Assembly: GCA_964022095.1 (NCBI GenBank)
Contig: CAXHZO010000001.1
Location: 224,001-288,000 of the forward strand
Source of the DNA: an uncultured Arcobacteraceae bacterium
Lineage (GTDB): Bacteria; Campylobacterota; Campylobacteria; Campylobacterales; Arcobacteraceae
DNA: 64,000 nt
Direction of reading: 5' to 3'
The translations under genes and the position numbers were made by a program. The notes beneath the pieces are model-generated. The model had not been told where the DNA came from. It saw nothing but the letters and a program-made list of their open reading frames with translations, and searched no databases. Positions 30,020-41,193 of this stretch are shown here, in pieces. Position 1 is the first letter of the stretch, and each line of letters begins with the position of its first letter.

Positions 30020-31633
30020 TTAATCGATTCTACATAGCATAACTTCGTCAACAACGGCTCTTGCTATTTGATCTGTCTCTACAATCACGTGTTCTAAATG
30101 TAGAGTTTCTAATGTAACTTTATCATTTTCACTAGTTACTGTTACAATAGTTTTACTATTGTGAGTTAAAGAATCTACTGCTTCACAGATTAAATGTAAG
30201 GCTTCTGGGTTATTCACTGCAACAATAACAGCAGATGCTTTTTTAATATTTAATGAACTTAAAATATGTTTTTGCGCAGCATTACCAAATACTATTGGTT
30301 CACCCCTACTTTGTCCTAATTGGAAGAATTTCACATTATGTTCTAATATCACATAATTTTGATTAAAGTTTTTCAATTGTTTTACAATTGATTGTCCAAA
30401 TCTACCATACCCAAGTACAACTACATGGTTTTCAGTATCTTCATCAATTGGATTAGCATTACATACCATCATCACATCTTCAGGTATTAATTTAGCTGCT
30501 GCTTTTGATAAATTCTTTAAAATAATAGGAGTTAAAATCATTGATATAACTATTGTTACAATTAATATTTGTGAATAAGTAGGATCAACTAAATCTTGAC
30601 TTCTAGCTAATTCTAAAATAGCTAGTGAAAACTCACCAATTTGAATTAAAGAAAGAGCTGTTTTAAAAGCAACTCTTTTATTATCTTCGTATCTAACTAA
30701 TGTGTAGATAATTATGTATTTTAGTCCCATTAAAATAGGAAGAAGTACTAAAATCACTAAGATATAATCAGCAATAATGGTAAAGTTAATTTGCATACCA
30801 ACAGTAATAAAGAAAACACCTAATAAAATATTTCTAAAAGGAATAAGGTCAGCTTCAACTTGATGTTTAAACTTAGTCTCTGCAATCATCATACCTGCAA
30901 CAAATGCACCAAGTGAATATGTAAATCCAAAATAATATGCCATATATGAAGAACCAATTGCAAGTAATAAAACTGATGCTACAAAAAGTTCATCTGATTT
31001 TGTATTAGAAACATGTGTTAAAAATGGCTCTAATAAATATCTACCACTAAAGTATAAAAGTGCTAATAATACAACTGCTGCTAATACAGTTTTACCAATC
31101 ATTAAACCTACACTACTTCCTTCACCCATTGTAAAGAAAGAAATCATAAGAAGAATTGGTATTACCGCAATATCTTGCATAATTAAAATACCTAAAACTC
31201 TTCTACCATGAGGTCTATTTATCTCTTTTGTTTCATTAAAAGTTTTTAATACAATTGCAGTTGAAGATAGGGCTAATGCAGCACCTATGATAAGTGCTGT
31301 TTGAGTTCCAAGTCCAATTACAAATTTACCTAATAAAAATACAACTAAAGCTGTAACTATTATTTGTAAACTTCCTGTAAAGAAAACTTCTCTTTTCATC
31401 TTTTTTAAATGCTCAATTGAAAACTCAAGTCCAATTGTAAACATTAGGAAAACCACCCCAAACTCAGCAATTTCTTTTAATTCGTGATTATTAACTGCAT
31501 CATGAAGATTAAATACATAAGCAATTATAGTTCCCGTTAAAATATATCCTATAATAGTAGGAAGATGAAATCTTTTTAATATTAAATTTACAACCAATGC
31601 TATTAAAGTTGTAGAAACTATAATTCCTAACAT
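30020..31633 (-). CDS. Kef-type cation:proton antiporter with TrkA-N domain
   Basis: AEFGVVFLMFTIGLE, LSSTAIV, QDIAV, LGYGRFG. Confidence 0.9.
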   Translation of the reverse strand: MLGIIVSTTLIALVVNLILKRFHLPTIIGYILTGTIIAYVFNLHDAVNNHELKEIAEFGVVFLMFTIGLEFSIEHLKKMKREVFFTGSLQIIVTALVVFLLGKFVIGLGTQTALIIGAALALSSTAIVLKTFNETKEINRPHGRRVLGILIMQDIAVIPILLMISFFTMGEGSSVGLMIGKTVLAAVVLLALLYFSGRYLLEPFLTHVSNTKSDELFVASVLLLAIGSSYMAYYFGFTYSLGAFVAGMMIAETKFKHQVEADLIPFRNILLGVFFITVGMQINFTIIADYILVILVLLPILMGLKYIIIYTLVRYEDNKRVAFKTALSLIQIGEFSLAILELARSQDLVDPTYSQILIVTIVISMILTPIILKNLSKAAAKLIPEDVMMVCNANPIDEDTENHVVVLGYGRFGQSIVKQLKNFNQNYVILEHNVKFFQLGQSRGEPIVFGNAAQKHILSSLNIKKASAVIVAVNNPEALHLICEAVDSLTHNSKTIVTVTSENDKVTLETLHLEHVIVETDQIARAVVDEVMLCRID

Positions 31634-31645
31634 GTCCTAATCTCC

Positions 31646-33760
31646 TTATTTATAATGCATTTGCTTATACCCTTCTAATCTTTTCTTATATGATGAGTTT
31701 AACATTGCATTTTTTGAATCTAAAAAATCTATAGCAAGACACTCTTGATTTCCTCTACCAATTCTTCCTAAATACTGCACTAGCCTTCCATAATAGGAAA
31801 TGGGTGTTGCAAAAAGAATTGTATTTAGATGTGGAAAATCAATACCTTCACCAAAATATGAAGTAGTAGCTAAAATTAATGATTTCTCTTTTACAAGTTT
31901 CATATTTTCAACTTGCTGCTTTTTATTCATACTTCCATGAACACTAACAAAGTCTATATTTTCATTTTGTAATAACTTTTGTAATGAATTTATATGTTCT
32001 ATTCTATCAGTTAAAACTAAAATCTTTCTTGTTATATTATCTTTTATAGCCTTAATAATTAAATTATTTCTCTTTTCATCTATTGATAATTCATTAATTA
32101 TAGTTGAATAGTTATCAGCTTCACTAACAAACTCTGTTCTAATTACTTTTAATTTATTATAGTGAGTTCTTTTCTTTTTATATTCATAGGAAATATTACC
32201 TAATTGCTGAAAAAGTATTGGATCTAGGCCATCTTTTCTATTAGGTGTTGCACTTAAACCTAAAATATACTTACCCTTAAAGTTTTTTATTATTTGTTCA
32301 AATGTAACAGCTGGAATATGATGGCATTCATCTACAATAACAAATGAGTAATTGTTTATTATTTTTGGGTCATTTTTTAAACTTTGCATTGTTGCAACAT
32401 CAATTGTGCTATTTAATTTATTATGCCCTTTTCCTAAATAACCAATCTCTTTTTTTCCATAATCAAAATAATCAACAAACCTTTCAATCCATTGATTTAA
32501 AAGCATATTTTTATTTACAACAATAAGAGTAGAACAAGCTCTTTGTTCAAACATTTTTGCACCAATTAAAGTTTTACCAAATCCTGGAGGTGCAACACAA
32601 ATTGAAAAATCCTCTTTCATAATTTGATTTATTGCTTCTGTTTGTTCTGGTCTTAAAGTAAACTTTACTTCTTTTGTTTGAGTAGATTGGAATACTCTTT
32701 TATCTTCTATTTTGTATTTAACTTCATTTTCATTAAAAAAATCTAAAACTGTCTGTTTTAATCCCCGTGGAAGCATCAAATATTTCTCATCTTCTTCAAA
32801 AGACTTAATTACCCGTGGAGTATTATAAAGAGGCTTTCTAAGGCTTAATAGAACTTTTATCTGGGGATTGTCAAAAGAAGCAAATGCTTTTAGTTTATTA
32901 ATGAAACTTTTTGATAAATTAAATGTTGGAATATATAAAAAATCAAATAAAGTTATATTGATTTCATTTACTGGTAATTCTATATCATCAAACTCTTTTA
33001 TAACACTTACCATCTGTGAGTTTTCAGAATAATTATAAACTACATCTTTTTGTACTTTTTGTACTGAGTTTAGAATCATCCATTGATCTTCATAAATTTT
33101 GTTTGTATTTGCATCAATAAATACTGTTTTATTTTTATTTCTATTTTCTAAATGTAAAGGTAATTCTAAAGTAGCACCTAAAGTTGCTTTTGTAGCAAAC
33201 TCTCTATCTGGATAAATTTTTCCAGTTATATTTGCTTTTTTTAATATAAATTGAGCAAAATTAAATACTATTTTTGATGAAATTTCTTCTTCTAAAAATA
33301 TCCAAGCTACTAAATTGTTATAAGAGTTTAATTCATAATAAGCTCTAACATTAATTGAATTTAGTGCAATTTGTAATTTGAATTTATCTTCATCTAATAT
33401 TTGCATTGCAATAAATTTTGATTTATTTTGATTGTTTATACAATAAGTTGCAAGAAAAGATTGACCTCTTAAATGTTCTTCAATCTCTTTGTTTGTTAAA
33501 GGCAAATAATCTTCACCTCTAAAAGTTTGTGTTACGGGGAAAAAGTTTTGTTTAGTTCCATCTTTATTTACCCATTTTTTGGCATAAATATCAAATCTTC
33601 CAATAAATAAAGATTTAAACAATTCTATTTTTTCATCTTTAGAAAACTCTTTTTTTAGAGTCGTTTGCTCTTGAATTTGTTGTTCTAAAGATAAAATTTC
33701 TTTCTCTATTTCTTCTTTTTTTAAATATAAAGATTTTAGTTTATTTTTAAGATTTATCAT
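31646..33760 (-). CDS. SF2 DEAD/DEAH helicase with N-terminal TOTE-type primase-like domain
   Basis: APPGFGKT, DECHH, LSATP, QYLGRIGR; N-terminal LFKSLF.GR.DIYAKKW...YLPLT...EEHLRG. Confidence 0.8.
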   Translation of the reverse strand: MINLKNKLKSLYLKKEEIEKEILSLEQQIQEQTTLKKEFSKDEKIELFKSLFIGRFDIYAKKWVNKDGTKQNFFPVTQTFRGEDYLPLTNKEIEEHLRGQSFLATYCINNQNKSKFIAMQILDEDKFKLQIALNSINVRAYYELNSYNNLVAWIFLEEEISSKIVFNFAQFILKKANITGKIYPDREFATKATLGATLELPLHLENRNKNKTVFIDANTNKIYEDQWMILNSVQKVQKDVVYNYSENSQMVSVIKEFDDIELPVNEINITLFDFLYIPTFNLSKSFINKLKAFASFDNPQIKVLLSLRKPLYNTPRVIKSFEEDEKYLMLPRGLKQTVLDFFNENEVKYKIEDKRVFQSTQTKEVKFTLRPEQTEAINQIMKEDFSICVAPPGFGKTLIGAKMFEQRACSTLIVVNKNMLLNQWIERFVDYFDYGKKEIGYLGKGHNKLNSTIDVATMQSLKNDPKIINNYSFVIVDECHHIPAVTFEQIIKNFKGKYILGLSATPNRKDGLDPILFQQLGNISYEYKKKRTHYNKLKVIRTEFVSEADNYSTIINELSIDEKRNNLIIKAIKDNITRKILVLTDRIEHINSLQKLLQNENIDFVSVHGSMNKKQQVENMKLVKEKSLILATTSYFGEGIDFPHLNTILFATPISYYGRLVQYLGRIGRGNQECLAIDFLDSKNAMLNSSYKKRLEGYKQMHYK

Positions 33761-34184
33761 GACCTATTGCATTAGATGGTGAGACTACTAAATTATTGAT
33801 TTTATTTTCAACTTCATTGTATTTACTTTTTAGTTCAGAATTCTTTCTAATACCTCTACCCTCAAACTTCCCATTTGTTTCAATTATTAGTTCATTATAT
33901 CTCATATCACCTATAACTTTTCCTTTTGAAAGTATTTGTACTTCATTACAATCTATTTTCCCATCAAAAAGTCCATTTACAACTAAGTTATTAGCTTTGA
34001 TATCCCCTATAACTTCTCCTGTTGGGCCAATAGAGATTACATCAGCTTCTAATATTACACCTTCAAACTTGCCATCAATATGAACAGTTCCCTTTGTATT
34101 TATTCCACCAATTATACAAGTACCTTCAGCAATTATCGTAGCTGAGTTTGATGACTGTTTATCAAATTTATTAAAGACTCCCAC
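33747..34184 (-). CDS. Bactofilin (CcmA-like cytoskeletal protein)
   Basis: TIIAEGTCIIG...HIDGKFEG beta-helix repeats; follows an M23 peptidase; GTG start. Confidence 0.9.
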   Translation of the reverse strand: MGVFNKFDKQSSNSATIIAEGTCIIGGINTKGTVHIDGKFEGVILEADVISIGPTGEVIGDIKANNLVVNGLFDGKIDCNEVQILSKGKVIGDMRYNELIIETNGKFEGRGIRKNSELKSKYNEVENKINNLVVSPSNAIGHDKS

Positions 34185-35041
34185 TCTATTTTCCTTTCTT
34201 TTTTAAATATCTCTTCGAAATTTTTTAAATTCCAATCAATAAATCGTTTTGGACTTAAGACTTTATTTGCATATCTAACTTCATAATGTAAATGAGGAGC
34301 AGTACTTCTACCACTACTTCCCACAAGTCCAAGAATTTGGCCTTTTTTTACAATATCCCCAACATTTACATAGGTTTTATACATATGAGCAAAAACTGTT
34401 TTAAAACCATAATTATGTTGCACCTTTACAACTCTACCATAATCACCAATATTTCTTGATTGTACATGAGTAACAATACCATCAGCTGTTGCCCTAATAG
34501 GTGTTTTTCTAGGTGCTGCAATATCTAAACCTCTATGAAATTGTCTTTTTTTTGTAATTGGATTTATTCTATATCCATACCCTGAAGAGTAACGCATATT
34601 ATCTATTGGTTTTCCATTTGGGATTAAGTTTAGTGCATATTTCTTTTTATTATCATTAATAGTATCTAATGTTTTTTTAGTAATCTCTTCTTTAGTATCA
34701 TCATCTTCTATACCAATGATAGTATGAATTTCATCAAGCTTAGAACTAAGCTCTTCTATATCTTCTACTTTACTTTTAATCTGCATTGAATAGAGTTTAT
34801 TTTGAGATACTAATTTATTCTCTTTTTCTTTTAAAACTTTTAATTGAGACTCTTGTATATCTTTTGATTGTTTTACTTGATCAACTTGAAGTGATAAATA
34901 GCTTATAAATAGGAAACTACCAAGGAGCAAGGCAATTATTGAGATTGAAATTATTATAAAGAATTTTCTAAAAAGTTGATGTATATTATAAGATTTTGTA
35001 CCTTTTACATCTGAAATTGTAATTATTAATCTATTTTTCAT
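34133..35041 (-). CDS. M23 family peptidoglycan endopeptidase (Csd1-like)
   Basis: HRGLD, FAHM, STAPHLHYEV. Confidence 0.92.
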   Translation of the reverse strand: MKNRLIITISDVKGTKSYNIHQLFRKFFIIISISIIALLLGSFLFISYLSLQVDQVKQSKDIQESQLKVLKEKENKLVSQNKLYSMQIKSKVEDIEELSSKLDEIHTIIGIEDDDTKEEITKKTLDTINDNKKKYALNLIPNGKPIDNMRYSSGYGYRINPITKKRQFHRGLDIAAPRKTPIRATADGIVTHVQSRNIGDYGRVVKVQHNYGFKTVFAHMYKTYVNVGDIVKKGQILGLVGSSGRSTAPHLHYEVRYANKVLSPKRFIDWNLKNFEEIFKKERKIEWESLINLINSHQTQLR

Positions 35042-36200
35042 TGAAGCCTATTAAAGTTAAAAATTTCTCAACTACTAAAAATGAACCAAATACTAAGTAT
35101 TCTTCATTCTTATTTATTTCAAGTGAGTTAGATTGTATTATATTTAATTCTTTTATAATTTCTAATAAATTATTTTTATCTACAATCCTTTTATCTTCAA
35201 TAGGAATAATAATTATTTTATTTATTATTGGCTTTAATATCCTTAATACTTCTTTGTAATCTTTATCTGCATAGGAGTTATAAATAAGTGTAATCTTTCT
35301 ATCTTTGAACTCATTTTGTAAAGCCCTTGCAGCTAAAGGATTATGACCTACATCTATAGTAACATTAGGTGCGATTTTTTGACATCTTCCAAAAAGCTTA
35401 ACATCATCAAAAATGCTTAAATCAATTTCAATATTTAACTCTTCTAAACATCTAAGAACCAAGTGAATATTTCTTTTTAAATATGAAGCAAAGTTGTTAT
35501 TCAAAAGATACTTATTAAAATCTTCTACTTTAATTATATTTATGTCTGTATTTCTTTGCTCTTTTATTTGTTTTTTTACTTCATTTGCACTTGAATATAC
35601 TTCATCATGTATTTGATAACCAATTATCATTTTATTATCAACCGAACGCATTTTTGTTTGAGCTATCTCTTCTACACTATTACCTAGAAAGCTTTGATGG
35701 TCTAAATCAATAGTTGTAATTAAGGATAAATTATTTTCAATTACATTTGTTGCATCAAACTCTCCACCAAGTCCAGCTTCTAATACTACATAATCCATAT
35801 CTTTTGATAAGTATAGTGCTAAAAGTGTTGTGTATTCAAAGTATGTAAGTTTCTTTAGTAGTTCTGTGTCATATATTTCTTGAAGAAAATTATGGGCAGT
35901 ATTTAATACCTCATCACTAACATCACTACCATTTATCCATATTCGTTCATTGAATTTTACTATATGAGGTGAACTGTAGTGTAGGACTTTGAAATCTTTT
36001 TTATTTAAGTAGTGTGCTAGAAATCTTCCAGTACTTCCTTTTCCATTAGTTCCAACAATATGAATTACATAAGGAGTTTTAATTTTAGAGCTTAGTATTT
36101 CCCATGATCTATTTACAATTGAAAAATCTATTTTGTCATAATAAAGAGTTTTATACTCTAAAAACTCTGATAAAGAGCATTTTTTTAAGTCTTGAGTCAT
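35031..36200 (-). CDS. folC: Folylpolyglutamate synthase/dihydrofolate synthase
   Basis: HIVGTNGKGST, SSPH, EAGLGGEFDATN, DVGHN. Confidence 0.95.
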   Translation of the reverse strand: MTQDLKKCSLSEFLEYKTLYYDKIDFSIVNRSWEILSSKIKTPYVIHIVGTNGKGSTGRFLAHYLNKKDFKVLHYSSPHIVKFNERIWINGSDVSDEVLNTAHNFLQEIYDTELLKKLTYFEYTTLLALYLSKDMDYVVLEAGLGGEFDATNVIENNLSLITTIDLDHQSFLGNSVEEIAQTKMRSVDNKMIIGYQIHDEVYSSANEVKKQIKEQRNTDINIIKVEDFNKYLLNNNFASYLKRNIHLVLRCLEELNIEIDLSIFDDVKLFGRCQKIAPNVTIDVGHNPLAARALQNEFKDRKITLIYNSYADKDYKEVLRILKPIINKIIIIPIEDKRIVDKNNLLEIIKELNIIQSNSLEINKNEEYLVFGSFLVVEKFLTLIGFNEK

Positions 36201-36739
36201 TTCTTAAAAGAGTAAACAGCAATCTTTGATAAGACTTCATCCATTGCATCTTCACTAGCATTTTTAATGGCATCAAATCTTTTTGTATCTGTGATAGTTG
36301 AGCCATCATCAACTGAGAAGTTGTGCTCACCTGTAACTGTGAATTTTCTTTTTTCATTTGTAGCTTTTTTAGTGTAGTTAACTAAAATATCTACTACTGC
36401 TTTATAAAGTTTGTTATACCCATCAATATCATATTGTAATGTTTTCATATTAACTGAATTGATTCTTAAGTACATAATAGTATCAGCTAAACTCTCATCA
36501 TGAACAAGTTTTGAACCTATTTTTTGTGCTAATATTTGATTCATTGAATCTTTTATTAAAACAACATTTTTAGGATCTTTTAAATCTACAAAAAGTTTAA
36601 CAAATACTTTACCTTTCAATTCTTTTTTAGCATAATGAATTGAAGGTTTATATCCACAACCAGTAAATACTGAACTAAAAACAAAAGATAAGAAAAGTAC
36701 AAATAGTACTTTTTTTGAAAATATATTTATACTTTTCAT
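36197..36739 (-). CDS. lptE: LPS assembly lipoprotein LptE
   Basis: Lipobox FTG-CGYKP; position downstream of leuS. Confidence 0.78.
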   Translation of the reverse strand: MKSINIFSKKVLFVLFLSFVFSSVFTGCGYKPSIHYAKKELKGKVFVKLFVDLKDPKNVVLIKDSMNQILAQKIGSKLVHDESLADTIMYLRINSVNMKTLQYDIDGYNKLYKAVVDILVNYTKKATNEKRKFTVTGEHNFSVDDGSTITDTKRFDAIKNASEDAMDEVLSKIAVYSFKK

Positions 36740-36745
36740 GAACTT

Positions 36746-39211
36746 TTACCCTTTAACCACTAAGTTTACTAGTTTATTTGGAACAACGATTTCTTTTATA
36801 ATCTCTTTATCTTCTAACCATTTAGCCCCAGCTTCTTTAGCAAGTGCTAGAACTTCATCTTTTGAAGCGCTTGGATTTACTTCAATCTCACATCTTTTTT
36901 TACCATTAATTGTAACAGCTAAAGCAATTGAATCTAATGCAAATACTTCTTCTTTAACTTCTAGTTTGTCATCAAAGTTTTCTAAAGAGAATAACTCTTT
37001 TGATAACTCCCAAGAGGCATGAGGAATAACTGGTTCTAAAATGTTTGTTAAAACATAATAACCTTCTGCCCAAACTAATTCATTCTTTTGAGCTTGAAGT
37101 GCATTAAGTGCTTCCATACAAGCAGCAATCAATGTATTAAAAGTATATGTTTTTGTGAAAACTTCATTAGATTTTTCTAATGCTTCATATACTTTTCTTC
37201 TAGCTTCTTTTTCTTCTTTATTTAAAGATGAATGATCAATATTTTTAAAGTTTTCTAATGCTTCTTTAGTAACATTTGCAGATCTTTCAAAGAATTTTTT
37301 GATAAATCTAAATGAACCATCAACAGCACTATCATTCCACTCTAACTCTTTTGTTGGAGGGGCTGCAAAAAGCATAAATAATCTAGCAGTATCTGCTCCA
37401 TATTTTTCAACAATTAAATCTGGATCTACAACGTTTCCTTTTGATTTAGACATTTTTGCACCATCTTTTAAAACCATACCTTGAGTAAGTAATCTTTTAA
37501 ATGGCTCTTTTGAATCTGTATATCCTAAATCATTTAGAACTTTTGTAAAGAATCTTGCATAAAGTAAGTGTAAAATTGCATGTTCAATTCCACCAATATA
37601 CTGATCAACATCCATCCAGTAATCACTATCTTCTTTTGAAATTCCTACATCATTCCATTTTTTATGGTCAGTTGCATATCTTAAGAAATACCATGAAGAT
37701 TGAACAAATGTATCTAATGTATCTGTTTCTCTTGTTGCTTCTTTACCACACTTAGGACATGTAGTATGTTTCCAAGTTGGATGAGTATCTAATGGATTTC
37801 CCTCACCTGTGATTTCTACATCTTCTGGAAGTGCGATTGGTAAATTCTCAGATTTTTCAGGAACTAATCCACAATCATCACAATGTACAAATGGAATTGG
37901 AGCTCCCCAATATCTTTGTCTAGAAACACCCCAATCTCTTAGTTTGAAGTTTACTTTTTTAACTCCGTAAGAGTTTTGTTCAAAGTGATAAATTATTGCT
38001 TTTTTTGCTTTTGTATTTTTAAGTCCAGTAAAGCTTTCAGAGTTGATTAATTCACCCTCTCCTGTAAATGCTTCAGTTGGATTTTCAATAACACCTTCAG
38101 GTCCTGCAATTACTTGTTTGATTGGTAAATCATACTTCTTTGCAAATTCAAAGTCTCTTTGATCATGAGCAGGTACAGCCATAACTGCACCGCCACCATA
38201 AGAGCTTAATACAAAGTTTGCAACCCATACAGGTATTTTTTCACCAGTTATTGGATGAACAACATCAATTTCAAGTGAAATTCCCTCTTTTTCTTGAGTA
38301 GCTCTATCTCTTTCACTAACTTTTTGCATCTCTTTTATTGCATTGATTTTCTTTTCTGGCAATAATTTGTGCTCTACAATATATTTTACAATTGGATGTT
38401 CTGGAGCAAGTGCTGAGTATGAAATACCATAAATTGTATCTGGTCTTGTTGTAAATACTAAATATTTAGTAAACTGTCTATCAAGCTTAATTCTTGAATC
38501 ATAATCAATTTGGAATTTAAATTCTAAACCTTCACTTCTACCAATCCAATTTTCTTGCATTGTTAAAACTTGACTTGGCCAATCATTTTCTAGTAAAGAT
38601 AAATCATCTAATAATTCTTGAGCATACTTAGTAATACCAATATAATATCCAGGCATCTCTTTTTGCTCAACTGGAGTATCACATCTCCAACAACATCCCT
38701 CTTCTACTTGCTCATTTGCAAGTACTGTGTGACATGGTTCACACCAGTTTACTGTTGTTGATTTTCTATATAATAGCTCTTTTTCATACATTTTGATTAT
38801 GAATTCTTGTTCCCACTTTGTGTATAGTTCATCACTAGTTGCAAACTCTTGAGTTTCGCTAAATGATAAACCTAAAGCTTTTAACTCGCTTCTCATATAA
38901 TCAATATTTTCGTATGTCCATTTTTTTGGATGTAATTTATTTTTAATTGCTGCATTTTCAGCAGGCATTCCAAAACTATCCCATCCAATTGGATGTAAAA
39001 CATTGTAATCAGCTTTTCTGAAGTGTCTAGCGAAAGCATCACCTAAACAATAATTTCTAACATGTCCCATGTGGATTCTACCACTTGGGTAAGGAAACAT
39101 ACTTAAAATATATTTCTTTTGTTTTGTTTTATCATCGCTTGGTTCAAAAGATTGATTTTCACTCCAGTAGTTTTGCCATTTTTGCTCAATCTCTTTTGAA
39201 TTATATTCCAT
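36746..39211 (-). CDS. leuS: Leucine--tRNA ligase
   Basis: MFPYPSG.IHMGH, GGIEHA, KMSKS. Confidence 0.98.
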   Translation of the reverse strand: MEYNSKEIEQKWQNYWSENQSFEPSDDKTKQKKYILSMFPYPSGRIHMGHVRNYCLGDAFARHFRKADYNVLHPIGWDSFGMPAENAAIKNKLHPKKWTYENIDYMRSELKALGLSFSETQEFATSDELYTKWEQEFIIKMYEKELLYRKSTTVNWCEPCHTVLANEQVEEGCCWRCDTPVEQKEMPGYYIGITKYAQELLDDLSLLENDWPSQVLTMQENWIGRSEGLEFKFQIDYDSRIKLDRQFTKYLVFTTRPDTIYGISYSALAPEHPIVKYIVEHKLLPEKKINAIKEMQKVSERDRATQEKEGISLEIDVVHPITGEKIPVWVANFVLSSYGGGAVMAVPAHDQRDFEFAKKYDLPIKQVIAGPEGVIENPTEAFTGEGELINSESFTGLKNTKAKKAIIYHFEQNSYGVKKVNFKLRDWGVSRQRYWGAPIPFVHCDDCGLVPEKSENLPIALPEDVEITGEGNPLDTHPTWKHTTCPKCGKEATRETDTLDTFVQSSWYFLRYATDHKKWNDVGISKEDSDYWMDVDQYIGGIEHAILHLLYARFFTKVLNDLGYTDSKEPFKRLLTQGMVLKDGAKMSKSKGNVVDPDLIVEKYGADTARLFMLFAAPPTKELEWNDSAVDGSFRFIKKFFERSANVTKEALENFKNIDHSSLNKEEKEARRKVYEALEKSNEVFTKTYTFNTLIAACMEALNALQAQKNELVWAEGYYVLTNILEPVIPHASWELSKELFSLENFDDKLEVKEEVFALDSIALAVTINGKKRCEIEVNPSASKDEVLALAKEAGAKWLEDKEIIKEIVVPNKLVNLVVKG

Positions 39212-39555
39212 TAAAACTCTTCCTTATCTTGACTTTTTGCACTTTCAATTAAAGCTAATGCTATAGAGAAAACGTTTGCTACAACTGCACCAATTGCTAA
39301 TGAAATAGCAAGTGGTAAATCATTTGTAAATGTTAATACCATAAATGCTGGAATCAGGTGTAAATCTGCTACTAATGAACTCGCTAATAACTCTGCTGCT
39401 AGTAAGTTTCTAACACCAAGTTTTAATACTGTTGAAATTACGTTTACTGCTGCTGCTACAAATAATGCAATTGCATTTGGTTCATATAAAAATCCTGCAG
39501 TAGTTGTAAGAGACATTAGTGAAAAGAAAATATAAGTTACTTTACCCCAATCCAT
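39211..39555 (-). CDS. DUF6394-like membrane protein
   Basis: MDWGKV...[16 protein letters not shown]; typical position upstream of leuS. Confidence 0.75.
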   Translation of the reverse strand: MDWGKVTYIFFSLMSLTTTAGFLYEPNAIALFVAAAVNVISTVLKLGVRNLLAAELLASSLVADLHLIPAFMVLTFTNDLPLAISLAIGAVVANVFSIALALIESAKSQDKEEF

Positions 39556-39637
39556 AGTTATCCTTTGTTTTGTGCGTTATAAATGGCTGATATTTTAGCC
39601 AAAAAAACCTGAATAATTACTTGTTTAAGGTATTTCA

Positions 39638-40111
39638 TCAAGGCTTTAATTTTCTTTGTTTAAAAGCTATTAGCATTTTGTATATCAAGTATAGTATTAT
39701 TAGTTTTAATAATATTTGTATAATTAAATAAAATCCAAAACCATCAATAAATAGTTCTGCTGGGTTTAAATTATGTAGTAATAAATTAAAAGTTAAATCA
39801 TTTGTGAAAAGAAAATATAAACACACAGAAAGATACATAGTAAATATTAAGAATTTCTCTTTTTCCATAAATACAATAGTATAAATACTATTCCAAATAA
39901 ATAATACTATTAAAAAAGCAATAGATAACTCTTTTGCAATGCCATCACTTATAGGTTCAACAAAAACTTGAGCTTTTTGAACTAGGCTATACTCAATTAT
40001 TGAAGAGATGAACTCAAATAAAAAAATCCAGTTTAATGTTAGTAACCAATTTTTTCCATGGTTTGAAGTGAGTGAATCAAATTTATATTTTATATTGTTA
40101 ATTGTATGCAT
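39638..40111 (-). CDS. Hypothetical membrane protein
   Basis: 157 aa, about 4 hydrophobic segments, AGGA SD. Confidence 0.7.
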   Translation of the reverse strand: MHTINNIKYKFDSLTSNHGKNWLLTLNWIFLFEFISSIIEYSLVQKAQVFVEPISDGIAKELSIAFLIVLFIWNSIYTIVFMEKEKFLIFTMYLSVCLYFLFTNDLTFNLLLHNLNPAELFIDGFGFYLIIQILLKLIILYLIYKMLIAFKQRKLKP

Positions 40112-40224
40112 AAAATTTTCCTACAAAAGAAAAATGAGATACTAAAATTATACCAATTTTTATTCAAAAAGAAAGAGTAATTTTTAGTAATACTAAAAAA
40201 TATCCCAAAAGAACAAATAAAATA

Positions 40225-41160
40225 CTAAGCAGATTCATAAACTATTTCCTCTTTTATTTTTAATCCATCATCAATTGATTTGCATGCTTTAAAAATAAAT
40301 TTATTTAAAGTTTCTAATCCATTATTCTTAACTAATTTTACTCTGCCTTCATCTAGAACCTTATTTCTAACTATATGTCTAGCTAGAATTTCTGAAGAGC
40401 TATTTGTTGAATTTAACACTACTATATTTTTAATGTTTGATTCTAATGCTTTTTCAAAATACAATAAACTATTTTTTTCATCTTCTAATATAATTACAAC
40501 TTCATAATTTTTATCTAAAACTTTATTTGTATTATCAATAGAGTTTAAAAGTATTACTTCATCTAAAAGCTTTATCTTTTTTTGTATATTACCTTTTAAA
40601 TCGCAAAGCGTTGTTTGCCAACTTAACTGTTCACAGTTTTTTATAAGCTCAATATAACCCTTTGATGCACCCAATATCAATACTTTTGTAGGAGAATTAA
40701 TCTCATCATAAAAAATGTTGCTACTGTTTTTATATAAATTATTATCTTCATTAAAATAAGGAACAAAACTATGTGCTCCAGAAAACTTAGTAGAACGAAG
40801 AAGTGTCATTTTTTGATTTTTAATTGCGTAGTTTAGTGCCTGACCAATATAGCCATAACTATTTTCAACATAAAAAGGTTCAACCCAACAATATATAGTT
40901 TTAGAATTTACACTTTTTGTAAATGCTAAAAACTTACCTTTTTTATTTTTGATAATTTCAGAAGTGTAAGTAAAAATAAATTTTTTTAATTCTGTTTCAA
41001 ATTCAAAACCTATAGATTCATTATTTGTATTTATTAACATCATTCTAGTACTTTTTTTAAATGATGAATCATTCTTTTCTAAAACATTAATACAAAGAAT
41101 ATCATTAGATTGTTTTTTTGATTTTTGTAAGAACTTAATATATTTTTTATTTTCAAACAT
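40225..41160 (-). CDS. Divergent XdhC/CoxI-like protein
   Basis: SSFKKSTRMMLI, CWVEP and PTKVLILGAS...LSWQTTLCD resemble XdhC N-terminal and Rossmann segments. Confidence 0.5.
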   Translation of the reverse strand: MFENKKYIKFLQKSKKQSNDILCINVLEKNDSSFKKSTRMMLINTNNESIGFEFETELKKFIFTYTSEIIKNKKGKFLAFTKSVNSKTIYCWVEPFYVENSYGYIGQALNYAIKNQKMTLLRSTKFSGAHSFVPYFNEDNNLYKNSSNIFYDEINSPTKVLILGASKGYIELIKNCEQLSWQTTLCDLKGNIQKKIKLLDEVILLNSIDNTNKVLDKNYEVVIILEDEKNSLLYFEKALESNIKNIVVLNSTNSSSEILARHIVRNKVLDEGRVKLVKNNGLETLNKFIFKACKSIDDGLKIKEEIVYESA

Positions 41161-41193
41161 TTTATAATTATCCTAATCTTTTAAATTAGTGTA

